From Longimicrobiales bacterium (lineage in GTDB: Bacteria; Gemmatimonadota; Gemmatimonadetes; Longimicrobiales; Gaopeijiaceae), in the NCBI GenBank assembly GCA_041690395.1, contig JAWLHJ010000003.1, forward strand, positions 384,001 to 448,000: DNA of 64,000 bases, given 5' to 3'. Positions 55,662-64,000 of this stretch are shown here, one piece after another. Under the pieces are notes generated by a model that had not been told where the DNA came from, searched no databases, and was given only the letters and a program-made list of their open reading frames with translations. The translations under genes and the position numbers were made by a program. How positions within the stretch are numbered: position 1 is the first letter of the stretch; each line of letters begins with the position of its first letter.

Positions 55662-57400
55662 AGGATCCACTCCAGACCCCGTTCCAGGCCGCGGCTCGCG
55701 CCCCCGTCGGGAGATTCGGACCGAAACTGGTCACCGCCTTTCTCCTCCTCTCCCTGGTCGTGGGCGCCCTCACGGCCAGAGCCTTCGCCGACACCGAGCG
55801 GGTGTATCTAGAGGAGGCCCCGGTCCCGTTCGGAAGCTGGGCCATGGAGTGGGATGCCACCGCATCTCCTGCCTCGGTGGAGCAGGCCGCCCAGACAAAC
55901 GCGCTTCGTCGCGTCGCCGTGGGCGTCACCGGCCTGGTCTCCCTCCTCGCGTTCCTGACGTTGATCACGCTTCAACGCCAGGAGCATCGTCTTCGCGCGG
56001 CGGAGGACTACGTGCACTGGGCGGTCGGTGCGCGCAGGGTGCAGTTCGTGGCCCGGCTCGTGGGACGGACGTGGAGACGGGCGGTGATCATCGCCCTGCT
56101 CGCGGTTGCGGCGGTGGCTCTGGTCCTCCGGGCGATGGAGTCATCGTTCCCGGGTGACGCCCATGTGCCCGCTCAATGGGCGCCGTTCCTGATCCTGACC
56201 GTGGTCATCGGCGTGCTTTTCGTGAACTGGGAATGTCGCGCGGGCGAGCGGGCTGCGAGGTCCCGACCCGACCGGCTCGGCCAACTCGCCACCGGCCCCG
56301 TGGCCGTCTCGGCGCTGGGCTTCGCCGTCCTCACGGCGGTGGGCCTCCTGTCGGCACACGCGCCCAAGTCCGATGCCCACGGTGGCGACACCCTGCTGAC
56401 CGCAGGTGTGTCGCTCGGCGACGGCGCGCAGCAGGCGGACATCAGTGATCTTTTGAACTGGGTGAGCCGAACGGCCCAGACCACGGGACCACTCGGGGTG
56501 GCGAGTGCCGGCACGGTGCGCGGCGCCGGAGTGGCCGCCCGCGCGTGGGTAGACTGCGGGCGCTGCTTCGAAGGCGGCCTCCCCATGCCGTTCAAGACCG
56601 TGCGCACCGAGGTCGCCGCCGTCGGCCAGGATACGTTCCCACACCTCGGCCTCGAGGTCGCCGAGGGCCGGGACTTCGACAACAGAGTGGACGTGGGAGA
56701 CCCCGCCGTCGCCATCGTCAGCCAGACCCTGGCTCGTCGGCATTTCGAGCGGGGTGAAGCGGTGGGACGTCGGATCCGCTTCGGAGAGGGCGGCTGGCTA
56801 ACGGTCGTCGGCATCGTGACCGACCGTGGCGACAACCGCGACCACATGGAATACGCCGTCTATCTGCCCGTCACACAGACCCGCCCGACGGAGCTCGAGG
56901 TCATGGGACGGGCCTCCAGAGACCAACTCCGTCGAGCGGCACACGTGACGGCAGCCGGGATCTCCGTGGCCGACCCCAGATCGCTCGACGAGGTCTTCGC
57001 CGTCCACAATTGGTTCGGCTGGGTGCTAGATGTGGCCGGCGTGCTCTCGTACCTCCTCGTCGTGCTCGGGGTGTGGCTCGGGGCATCGAACGAAGCCAGG
57101 GCCACGGAGTTCGAGATATCGCTTCGCAAGGCCGTCGGAGCCACGCGCGCCGATCTCATCCGTCACTATCTCGGCCGCACGTCGCAGAGCCTCATCGTGG
57201 CCCTCGGTGTGGGCGCCTGGCTCGCCCTGTTCGCCGGCGTCGGGCTCAGCGAGGCGTATGGAGCCATACCGGTGGCCGACCTGTCGGTCTACGCCTGGGC
57301 TGCACTGCCCGTCGTGGCCGCATTGGTCGTGGGGTTCTGGCCCTCGTATTCGCGCTCCATCAGGCGCACGCCGAGTGTCGGGCTGCGGGAGGGCGCGTGA
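55658..57400 (+). CDS. Divergent MacB/FtsX-type ABC permease (ADOP-like, shortened)
   Basis: HWAVGARR, EGRDFD..AIVSQTLARRHF..AVGRRI..VVGIV, EISLRKAVGA. Confidence 0.72.
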   Translation: MKDPLQTPFQAAARAPVGRFGPKLVTAFLLLSLVVGALTARAFADTERVYLEEAPVPFGSWAMEWDATASPASVEQAAQTNALRRVAVGVTGLVSLLAFLTLITLQRQEHRLRAAEDYVHWAVGARRVQFVARLVGRTWRRAVIIALLAVAAVALVLRAMESSFPGDAHVPAQWAPFLILTVVIGVLFVNWECRAGERAARSRPDRLGQLATGPVAVSALGFAVLTAVGLLSAHAPKSDAHGGDTLLTAGVSLGDGAQQADISDLLNWVSRTAQTTGPLGVASAGTVRGAGVAARAWVDCGRCFEGGLPMPFKTVRTEVAAVGQDTFPHLGLEVAEGRDFDNRVDVGDPAVAIVSQTLARRHFERGEAVGRRIRFGEGGWLTVVGIVTDRGDNRDHMEYAVYLPVTQTRPTELEVMGRASRDQLRRAAHVTAAGISVADPRSLDEVFAVHNWFGWVLDVAGVLSYLLVVLGVWLGASNEARATEFEISLRKAVGATRADLIRHYLGRTSQSLIVALGVGAWLALFAGVGLSEAYGAIPVADLSVYAWAALPVVAALVVGFWPSYSRSIRRTPSVGLREGA

Positions 57401-57418
57401 GGGCCCGGCGGCCTCACG

Positions 57419-58615
57419 ATGACTGACGGCGTCGTGCGCGGCGCCTTCGCTTTGGTGGGCCTCGCGGCAGCGTGTTTGGCGTGCGACGGCCCGCCGAAGG
57501 ACACCGCCGTTCCGGCCTCGGTCCAAGACAGCGCGGGGATCCAGATCTACACTCTGGGCGACATCCCCTCCTGGGACGACCCTGCCCACCAATGGCGCCT
57601 CGTCCTCGAGCGGGAGGTCGCCACAGCGGGAGAGGACCTCTCGTCAGAGCCGATGATCTTCGAGCCCCAGGGGCTATCCCGCTTCCAGGACGGAACCATC
57701 GCCGTCCTGGACGGCGCGGACCTGCGCCTGGTCGTGCTCCATCCGGTCCGCGACTCGGTCACCGCACGCTTCGCTCCGAGCGGTCAGGGGCCCGGAGAGA
57801 TCTGGAGCGCGAATGCTCAGATCTGGGCGGACGGCGACACGGCCATCGGCATCCTCGACGCCGGTACCCGCCGGGTATCCTACTTCGCGCTGGCAGGAAC
57901 ATTCTTGCACTCCCGGACCGTGGACTTTCCAGGCGGCGGCGGGATGACGGCGCAACGTCCGGGCACCGGGGAGACGTTCGCCTGGCGGTACTTCCGCGAT
58001 CCCGAGACCGGGCTTCTCTCCGACAGCGTCATCAGGCTGAACCTCGCCGGGCCCGCGGTAGCCGTGGCTCCCCTGCGCCGGGACCGGCGTCCGCTGCCAC
58101 CCGGTGAGTCCCGTCCCCTGTTCTCCGGCTCGGGCACCTTCGCCCCCATCGGATCGGGAGGGGTCATGGTCGGCACGACGGACGTCGCCGAGTTCCGGCA
58201 CTTCACCGATGCGGGGGCGTTGACGGCCATCGTTCGCGTCCCGCTGGAAAGGCGCGCCCTCACCCTGGAGGACGAGCAGATCGTCCGGGAAGAGGTGGCG
58301 CAATTCGCTCCGAGTCTGGCGGACAACCTTGGGGATCACAACGTCCTCTGGAGTCGCCTCGAACCGTTGGGAGACTCCCTGTTCGCCCTCGACCAGACCT
58401 CTCTGACCGCGCCCGCCGGTGAGCCGAGGATCCCGCGTGATACCCGCGTCTGGCGTATCTTCTCGGTCCGCGGCCACTACCTCGGCGCCCTGGTGCTGCC
58501 GCCCGGTGTCGGGCCGCCTTATTGGAACGACGGGGAGCACCTGATGGCGCTTCAGCGGGACGAGCTCGGCGTGGCGACGATTGTGGTGTATCGCCTGGAG
58601 CCACCTGAACGTTGA
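57419..58615 (+). CDS. 6-bladed beta-propeller lipoprotein
   Basis: CLAC lipobox, QDSAGI, SGQGPGEI, DELGV. Confidence 0.75.
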   Translation: MTDGVVRGAFALVGLAAACLACDGPPKDTAVPASVQDSAGIQIYTLGDIPSWDDPAHQWRLVLEREVATAGEDLSSEPMIFEPQGLSRFQDGTIAVLDGADLRLVVLHPVRDSVTARFAPSGQGPGEIWSANAQIWADGDTAIGILDAGTRRVSYFALAGTFLHSRTVDFPGGGGMTAQRPGTGETFAWRYFRDPETGLLSDSVIRLNLAGPAVAVAPLRRDRRPLPPGESRPLFSGSGTFAPIGSGGVMVGTTDVAEFRHFTDAGALTAIVRVPLERRALTLEDEQIVREEVAQFAPSLADNLGDHNVLWSRLEPLGDSLFALDQTSLTAPAGEPRIPRDTRVWRIFSVRGHYLGALVLPPGVGPPYWNDGEHLMALQRDELGVATIVVYRLEPPER

Positions 58616-58747
58616 GCCGCAGAGTGAGACGTTTCCGGAGTCAGCACGAACAGAGGGGGATGGCATGGGATCGGTCCTCGAACGAGGGCCGCTGGACGTG
58701 GAGTTTGTCCGCGTCTACCGGCTGCGAGCCTTGATCCTGAGACGCAG

Positions 58748-59947
58748 ATGAGGAGGAGCTCAGTGGCTTCACGATGCTGCGCGGCAACCCTACTCCTGGC
58801 CCTCGTAGCGTCATGCGAACCCGCCGAGATTTCGGAGCGCTTCTCCGTCTCGGACAGTCTGGGGATCGCCGTGGCGGTGAATGGCCTTGTCCCGGAGGAA
58901 GAGCCGGTCCGTGTCCTCCGCGACGAGCCGATGCAAGAGATCACCGGCGAAGAGCTGTTCCAGATACGAGCGATCCAGTTGCTGGACAAAGGCGAAATCG
59001 CAGTGGGAGCGGCCGGTTCAGCGGAGGTCCTCATCTACGACAGGTCCGGCGAGCTGGTGCTCCGATTCGGGCGCAGCGGAGACGGGCCGGGAGAGTTCAG
59101 GCGCATCAGCGCCGTGGTGACGCTACCGGGCGACTCGATTGGCGTCTACGACTCCCAGCCGCACCGGCTCAGCGTCTTCTCGCGCTCAGGGGCGTTCGGC
59201 CGCCTTGTGAACCTGAGCGGTCTCGTACCGACGGGAGGGTCGGCCGTTCTCCGGGCCCTCGAAGACGGCCTCGTTCTGGTGGGCGTGGCCGGTCTGTCGG
59301 CTCAGCGTGCGGAGGGCGTCTACCGGGATGCGGCCCCGTCGTACCATCTCGACTGGCAAGGAAACGTCCTCGAGACCTACGGCGAGTTTCCCGGTCTCGA
59401 AGTGTTCAACGGCGCGGAGATGATGGGTCGCGTCCCGTTCGGGGCCGCGCTCTCGGTGGCGACCACCGGGACAGACCTGATCGTCGGGACGGGCGAGGAG
59501 CCTGAGCTGGAGGTCTTCACATCCGATGGCGCCTTGACCCGGATCATCCGTTGGGGCGACACCGACCGGAGCGTCGGCGAGGACCAGATCGACGCCTACA
59601 TCACCCATCTCCTGGCGGAGTCCCCACCTGAGGAGGCGGCGTTCTTCACAGAGCGGGCATCGGATATGCCGTTCGCGAGCCGTCGTCCGGCCTTTTCGCA
59701 GATCCTCGCTGCACCGAGCGGACAGCTCTGGGTCGGGGAGCACGTCGGTCCTGAGACCCCGTTTCCGGGCCGAAGGGGACCGAGCCGCAGGTGGTTCGTC
59801 TTCAGCCCGGAAGGAGCGTTCCTGGAGAGGATCAAGACGCCGGAGGGCTTCGTGCCTCACGCACTGGTCGACGACCGGGTCTGGGGTGTGTACCGGGATT
59901 CCCTCGACGTGGAGTCGGTCCGGGCGTACGCGATCGCGGGATCGTAG
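58748..59947 (+). CDS. 6-bladed beta-propeller lipoprotein
   Basis: VASC lipobox, SDSLGI, GRSGDGPGEF, DSLDV. Confidence 0.78.
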   Translation: MRRSSVASRCCAATLLLALVASCEPAEISERFSVSDSLGIAVAVNGLVPEEEPVRVLRDEPMQEITGEELFQIRAIQLLDKGEIAVGAAGSAEVLIYDRSGELVLRFGRSGDGPGEFRRISAVVTLPGDSIGVYDSQPHRLSVFSRSGAFGRLVNLSGLVPTGGSAVLRALEDGLVLVGVAGLSAQRAEGVYRDAAPSYHLDWQGNVLETYGEFPGLEVFNGAEMMGRVPFGAALSVATTGTDLIVGTGEEPELEVFTSDGALTRIIRWGDTDRSVGEDQIDAYITHLLAESPPEEAAFFTERASDMPFASRRPAFSQILAAPSGQLWVGEHVGPETPFPGRRGPSRRWFVFSPEGAFLERIKTPEGFVPHALVDDRVWGVYRDSLDVESVRAYAIAGS

Positions 59948-60061
59948 GAGGGTCCCGGATGCTCGAGCCGGCTCCGATAGTATGCTGACCAAGCGCACCC
60001 TAGCGGCTCCTGGTAATGTAGGGGTGACCTCGACGGTGGCGCTCAGGCGTTGGAGGAGGCG

Positions 60062-60583
60062 ATGGGTGGTGAACTCGCGGACCTGACGGAGCACCTCCAG
60101 CGGTACCGTGCGACAACGCTGCAGGTACTGGACCTGGTGGAGGCGGAAGACCTCGACTGGAGACCCAGCCGGAGTCAGTACAGCCTGGGCCAGCAACTCG
60201 TCCACATCGCCCAGACGGAGGATCACTTCTCCCGGGGACTGTTCGACCGAGACTGGAGCTCCGCCCGCCTTCGGTTCCCGAACCCCCTTCCCGCCCCTGA
60301 GGCCCTGCGCGCGTTTTTCGCCTCGGTTCGCCAGTACACCCTCTCGAAGCTGGAGGCCCTGGAACCGGATGAGCTCGGAGCGGTCGTTGAAGTCCCGAAC
60401 GGCCCTCCAGGCCACTCGATGCGGTCCTGGCTCTGGTTCATCCTCGAGCATGAGCTGCATCATCGAGGGCAGATCTGGGCCTACTTGCGGGCGATGGGCC
60501 TGGCACCTCCGTTCTACGCGATGCCGCTGGCGCCAGGTGAGCGGCCGGACATTGAGATGCGGGAGGAGCTCGGTGGCTTCTAG
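60062..60583 (+). CDS. DinB/YfiT family protein
   Basis: LDWRP..SLGQQLVHIA..EHELHHRGQI..LR; GGAGG RBS. Confidence 0.88.
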   Translation: MGGELADLTEHLQRYRATTLQVLDLVEAEDLDWRPSRSQYSLGQQLVHIAQTEDHFSRGLFDRDWSSARLRFPNPLPAPEALRAFFASVRQYTLSKLEALEPDELGAVVEVPNGPPGHSMRSWLWFILEHELHHRGQIWAYLRAMGLAPPFYAMPLAPGERPDIEMREELGGF

Positions 60584-60595
60584 TTGGGCACCGTC

Positions 60596-61036
60596 ATGAC
60601 CGAACCTTCATTACGACGACTCTCCACCATCTCGGGAGGCCTCGCCTTCTTCTGGGCGTGCGCGGTGACACTCCACGTCCTGCGGGCTTCCAGCCCCACC
60701 GGCATGACCGTGTCGGCCGCCATCGCAGGGGTCGCGGGCGATCCTGGTTCCATCGCACCGCCGCTGGCTTCCGCCGACGGCGTATGGGTGACGGGACTGC
60801 TTCTAATCGTCTCGGTGCTATCGGGTGTGCCCTTCGCCATCACGCTGACCGATCCACCCGTCCAGACCGTGACGGCCTGGACCATCGGCTCGATGCTCCT
60901 CGCGTTCTCTCTTCTCGCAGGGCTCTCCCTTGGCTTGCCCTACCTACCGAGCGCGATTCTGGTCTTCGCGGTTGCCATACTGGCGAAGCGGGAAGAGGCA
61001 CTCAGGGTGCTCGGCTCGTCTCACAGGAGATCCTGA
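60596..61036 (+). CDS. Hypothetical membrane protein
   Basis: About four hydrophobic segments. Confidence 0.55.
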   Translation: MTEPSLRRLSTISGGLAFFWACAVTLHVLRASSPTGMTVSAAIAGVAGDPGSIAPPLASADGVWVTGLLLIVSVLSGVPFAITLTDPPVQTVTAWTIGSMLLAFSLLAGLSLGLPYLPSAILVFAVAILAKREEALRVLGSSHRRS

Positions 61037-61050
61037 CGCCCAACCATCAT

Positions 61051-61079
61051 TTGCCGAGCCACCCCATTTAGTCTACAAT
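61051..61079 (+). promoter_or_regulatory. Sigma-70 promoter, leaderless padR transcript
   Basis: TTGCCG-N17-TACAAT-N6-ATG(61086), no SD. Confidence 0.65.
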
Positions 61080-61085
61080 GTGCTC

Positions 61086-61415
61086 ATGACAGCAAAGCAC
61101 GTGGGAGAGCTCGAGCACCTCATCCTCCTGGCCATCGTCCGCCTGGGGCCCGACGCCTATGGCATGAGCATCCTGCGGGAGCTCGAAGATCGGGCGAAGC
61201 GCACCGTCTCGCGAGGCGCGTTGTACCTCGTGCTCGAGCGCATGGTTAAAAAGGGCTACCTCGATACGCGCATGGGTGAGCCCACATCCGAGCGGGGCGG
61301 CCGCGCCAAACGCTTCTTCGCGCTCACGGACCCCGGTCGGGAGGCTCTCCGGGCCTCGGGTCGGTCCCTGCTGGCGCTCTGGGATGGCCTCGAGTCCATT
61401 CTGGAGGAAGGCTGA
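61086..61415 (+). CDS. PadR family regulator (acidobacterial ADOP-associated type)
   Basis: GELEHLILLA..AYGMSI..GALYLVLERM..RGGRAKRFF. Confidence 0.92.
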   Translation: MTAKHVGELEHLILLAIVRLGPDAYGMSILRELEDRAKRTVSRGALYLVLERMVKKGYLDTRMGEPTSERGGRAKRFFALTDPGREALRASGRSLLALWDGLESILEEG

Positions 61416-64000
61416 TGAGCCGATCTGCTCCTCCAACCCTGGCGGTCCGCCTCCTGAGGTGGGCCATCGGCACGCCGGAGGCCTTCGAGGGAATCGCCGG
61501 CGATCTGACCGAGGAGTTCCAGGAGCGATACACGTCCCACGGGGCGGCGGCGGCGAGAGGCGCCTTCTGGATCCAGGCCATATGGATCGCGGTGGTCTTC
61601 AGGACGCGGGGTCGCGATGTCCGCGCTCAGAGGCGTGCGCGCTCAAACATCCTGAGCGGGCTCCTGGACGAGCTGGTCCACGTCGGCCGGTCCCTCCGTC
61701 GCGCCCCCGGCTTCACGGTCCTGGCCGTCGCCATCCTCACGCTGGGCATCGGCACGTCCACCGCCGTGTTCGAGGCGTTCAGGTCCGTCGCGCTCGTCGA
61801 TCTTCCGGTCACGGACCCGGAGCGTATTCTCACGCTGTCCCTTCGCGACCAGACGGGTGCCGGCGTCCCCCTCGTCCCCGAGGAGATCGATGTGCTGCAC
61901 GGGGAGATGCAAGCCCTGCCCGCTGTCGCGGGAACGCTCACGCAACCCGGGACGATGCCCGTCACGGAGGGCGATCGGCCCCTCGTTCTCGACTTCGCCT
62001 TCGTCACGGCCCGTTTCTTCGATGTCCTAGGTGCGCGCCCGGCCCTGGGGCGCCTGTTCCGTGCCGAAGACGGTGCTGAAGGAGCCCGTGCCGTCACGGT
62101 CATCAGCTACCGCACCTGGCAGCGTGAGTTCGCTTCCGCACCGGACGTCGTGGGACGGACGCTCACGGCGACCCAGTATCAGGGGAGCTACGAGATCATC
62201 GGGGTGGCGCCCGCCGGACTCGACTTCCCCGTCGGGGTCGACTACTGGATCCTGCCTGGACCGCGCCGGCAGGCGCTCAACGTCGTCGCACGTATGGATC
62301 CAGGGACAACGCCGGACCGGGCCGGATCGGAGCTTCTGGCCAGGGCCCAGGGGATCGATAGTCAACGCGACCGGCCGAGCGAGCCCACCCGCGTCGAAGT
62401 GGAGCGCCTCCCGGATGCCGTCGTAGGAAACGCACGACCGCTGCTCCTCGTGGTCACCGCGGCGTCCGCGCTCCTTCTCCTCATCGCGTGCGGGAACGTG
62501 GCGGGGCTTCTTCTCATGCGCGCGGTTCGCCGATCACGAGATCTCACCGTCCGTAGGGCCCTCGGCGCGAGCTCGGGCCGGATCGCCCGGGGCTTCGTGC
62601 TCGAGGGTGCGGTGATCGGCATCGTCGCGGGTGGACTGGGGCTCCTCCTGGCATCGGGCCTCCTCACCGTGCTTCCTCATGTCGCGCCGGCGGAGGTCCC
62701 GCGCACCGAGCTGATCGCCATGGGTGGAGCTCCCCTGGGGATCGCAATGCTGGTGACTTTCCTGGCCACCCTCCTCGTGGCGGCCCTCCCTTCCCTGGCC
62801 GCGAACAGAAGCGATGTCGCCGCGGCACTGAGACGGGCGGGTCGGTGGTCGTCCTCGACACGAGGGGCACGGCGGACGCGCCGCGCGCTGGTGGCAGCAC
62901 AGGTCGCCGTGGCCGTCGTCGTGCTCTTCGGCGCGGGATTGCTCACCCGAACCCTGCAGCATCTGAATGGGCTGGACCTCGGGTACGAGTCGGAGCGCGT
63001 GGCCGTGCTCGAGCTGGGCATCGATCGGCGGAGCCTCAGCGGACCTTCGGAGCTGACCAGTCTCCTGGAAGGCGTCTTCGACGAGCTTCGGGCCATCCCT
63101 GGAGTCAACTCGGTATCTCCTGTCATGGCGCGCCCCTTCACCGGTGCCGACGGTGTCTTCCGGACGACACCGTTCGTGGAGGGCTACACTTCAGAGGCTC
63201 CGGCAGCAGACGCCGAGATCCCGCTGGAGTCGGGCGGTCCGGAGATCTTCGAGACCCTCGGGATTCCCATCCTCCAGGGTCGCGGCTTCCTGGACACCGA
63301 CCGTGAAGACGCGCCGAACGTGGCGGTCATCAGTCAGGGGCTGGCAGACCGATGGTGGCCAGACGACGATCCCGTCGGACGGCGTATCCGCTTGAGCCTG
63401 GGTCGCGAGGAATGGTGGACCGTCGTCGGCGTCGCCGGCGAGACGAGGTTCCGGAGACTCCGGGACGCCACGCCGACCATCTATCTGCCGTGGCGCCAGT
63501 TCCAGATCCTTCCCATGGCCTGGACCGTCGCCGTGCGCACCGATCGCGACCCATCGTTCCTGCCGTCACCCATGCGACAGGCCATCGCCGGGTTCGATTC
63601 CCGGATCTACCTCTGGACGACCGGCAGCCTGCGCGAGCACCTCAGCAAGGGGCCGCTGGCGGCACCCCGGACAACGGCCACCGTGTTGATTGCATTCGGA
63701 CTGACGGCGCTTCTGCTGGCGGCGGCAGGGCTCTACGGCATCATGGCGCTGGCCGTCCAGGAGCAGACTCGGGAGCTGGGCATCCGGCGAGCGCTTGGCG
63801 CGTCGGCGCGTGTGCTCCGGGTGGATGTGCTGAGGGACGCGCTACGCACCACGGCCGCCGGCGCTCTGCTGGGTCTCGGCGTCGCCATGCTCGGCTCGCG
63901 GCTGCTGGCGCCCCTCCTGTTCGAGGTGGGGCCGACCGACCCGGTCACCGTGCTCGGCGTATCGATCGTCATCCTCGGAGTGAGCATGCTGGCAGCGTAC
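61415..64000 (+). CDS. ADOP-family duplicated ABC permease (MacB_PCD/FtsX x2), runs off window
   Basis: Not in ORF track. MSRSAPP..AGDLTEEF..RSLRRAPGFT..LGIG..LLIACGNVAGL..VRRALGA..ALVAAQVA..ELGIRRALGA. Confidence 0.9.
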   Translation, partial: MSRSAPPTLAVRLLRWAIGTPEAFEGIAGDLTEEFQERYTSHGAAAARGAFWIQAIWIAVVFRTRGRDVRAQRRARSNILSGLLDELVHVGRSLRRAPGFTVLAVAILTLGIGTSTAVFEAFRSVALVDLPVTDPERILTLSLRDQTGAGVPLVPEEIDVLHGEMQALPAVAGTLTQPGTMPVTEGDRPLVLDFAFVTARFFDVLGARPALGRLFRAEDGAEGARAVTVISYRTWQREFASAPDVVGRTLTATQYQGSYEIIGVAPAGLDFPVGVDYWILPGPRRQALNVVARMDPGTTPDRAGSELLARAQGIDSQRDRPSEPTRVEVERLPDAVVGNARPLLLVVTAASALLLLIACGNVAGLLLMRAVRRSRDLTVRRALGASSGRIARGFVLEGAVIGIVAGGLGLLLASGLLTVLPHVAPAEVPRTELIAMGGAPLGIAMLVTFLATLLVAALPSLAANRSDVAAALRRAGRWSSSTRGARRTRRALVAAQVAVAVVVLFGAGLLTRTLQHLNGLDLGYESERVAVLELGIDRRSLSGPSELTSLLEGVFDELRAIPGVNSVSPVMARPFTGADGVFRTTPFVEGYTSEAPAADAEIPLESGGPEIFETLGIPILQGRGFLDTDREDAPNVAVISQGLADRWWPDDDPVGRRIRLSLGREEWWTVVGVAGETRFRRLRDATPTIYLPWRQFQILPMAWTVAVRTDRDPSFLPSPMRQAIAGFDSRIYLWTTGSLREHLSKGPLAAPRTTATVLIAFGLTALLLAAAGLYGIMALAVQEQTRELGIRRALGASARVLRVDVLRDALRTTAAGALLGLGVAMLGSRLLAPLLFEVGPTDPVTVLGVSIVILGVSMLAAY

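Overview
GC-rich bacterial window, most likely Gemmatimonadota (Longimicrobiales-like). This is inferred from the ADOP/PadR pair, the DSAG-type 6-bladed propeller lipoproteins and the Ig/RCC1 lipoproteins. The left ~37 kb is an apparently sigma-54-controlled surface/biofilm island. It holds a Wza/Wzc exopolysaccharide operon with an ATP-grasp ligase and a degenerate GGDEF protein, a diguanylate cyclase, an NtrC-type activator and two GNATs. It also holds a DltA/DltC-like adenylation domain-carrier pair co-transcribed with orphan gas-vesicle homologues, a CheB/CheR-PAS kinase with a pseudokinase, an HprK-like kinase, a TMP-kinase-like/EEP fusion and an Ig/TPR/RCC1 operon. Eight GG-N10-GC sigma-54 motifs, plus one AG variant, precede its transcription units. 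The right ~27 kb is accessory and partly decayed (hydrolases, MarR/monooxygenase/multicopper oxidase, pseudogenes, a small REP-like repeat cluster, PadR-ADOP). The most striking hidden element is an unannotated leaderless 22-aa uORF (IFIRIR) at 53622-53690. Its coding sequence can base-pair over the ribosome-binding region of a SAM methyltransferase, as in a ribosome-stalling translational attenuator. No rRNA, tRNA, CRISPR or intact transposase was recognised. All family calls are by-eye motif recognition, not database searches.
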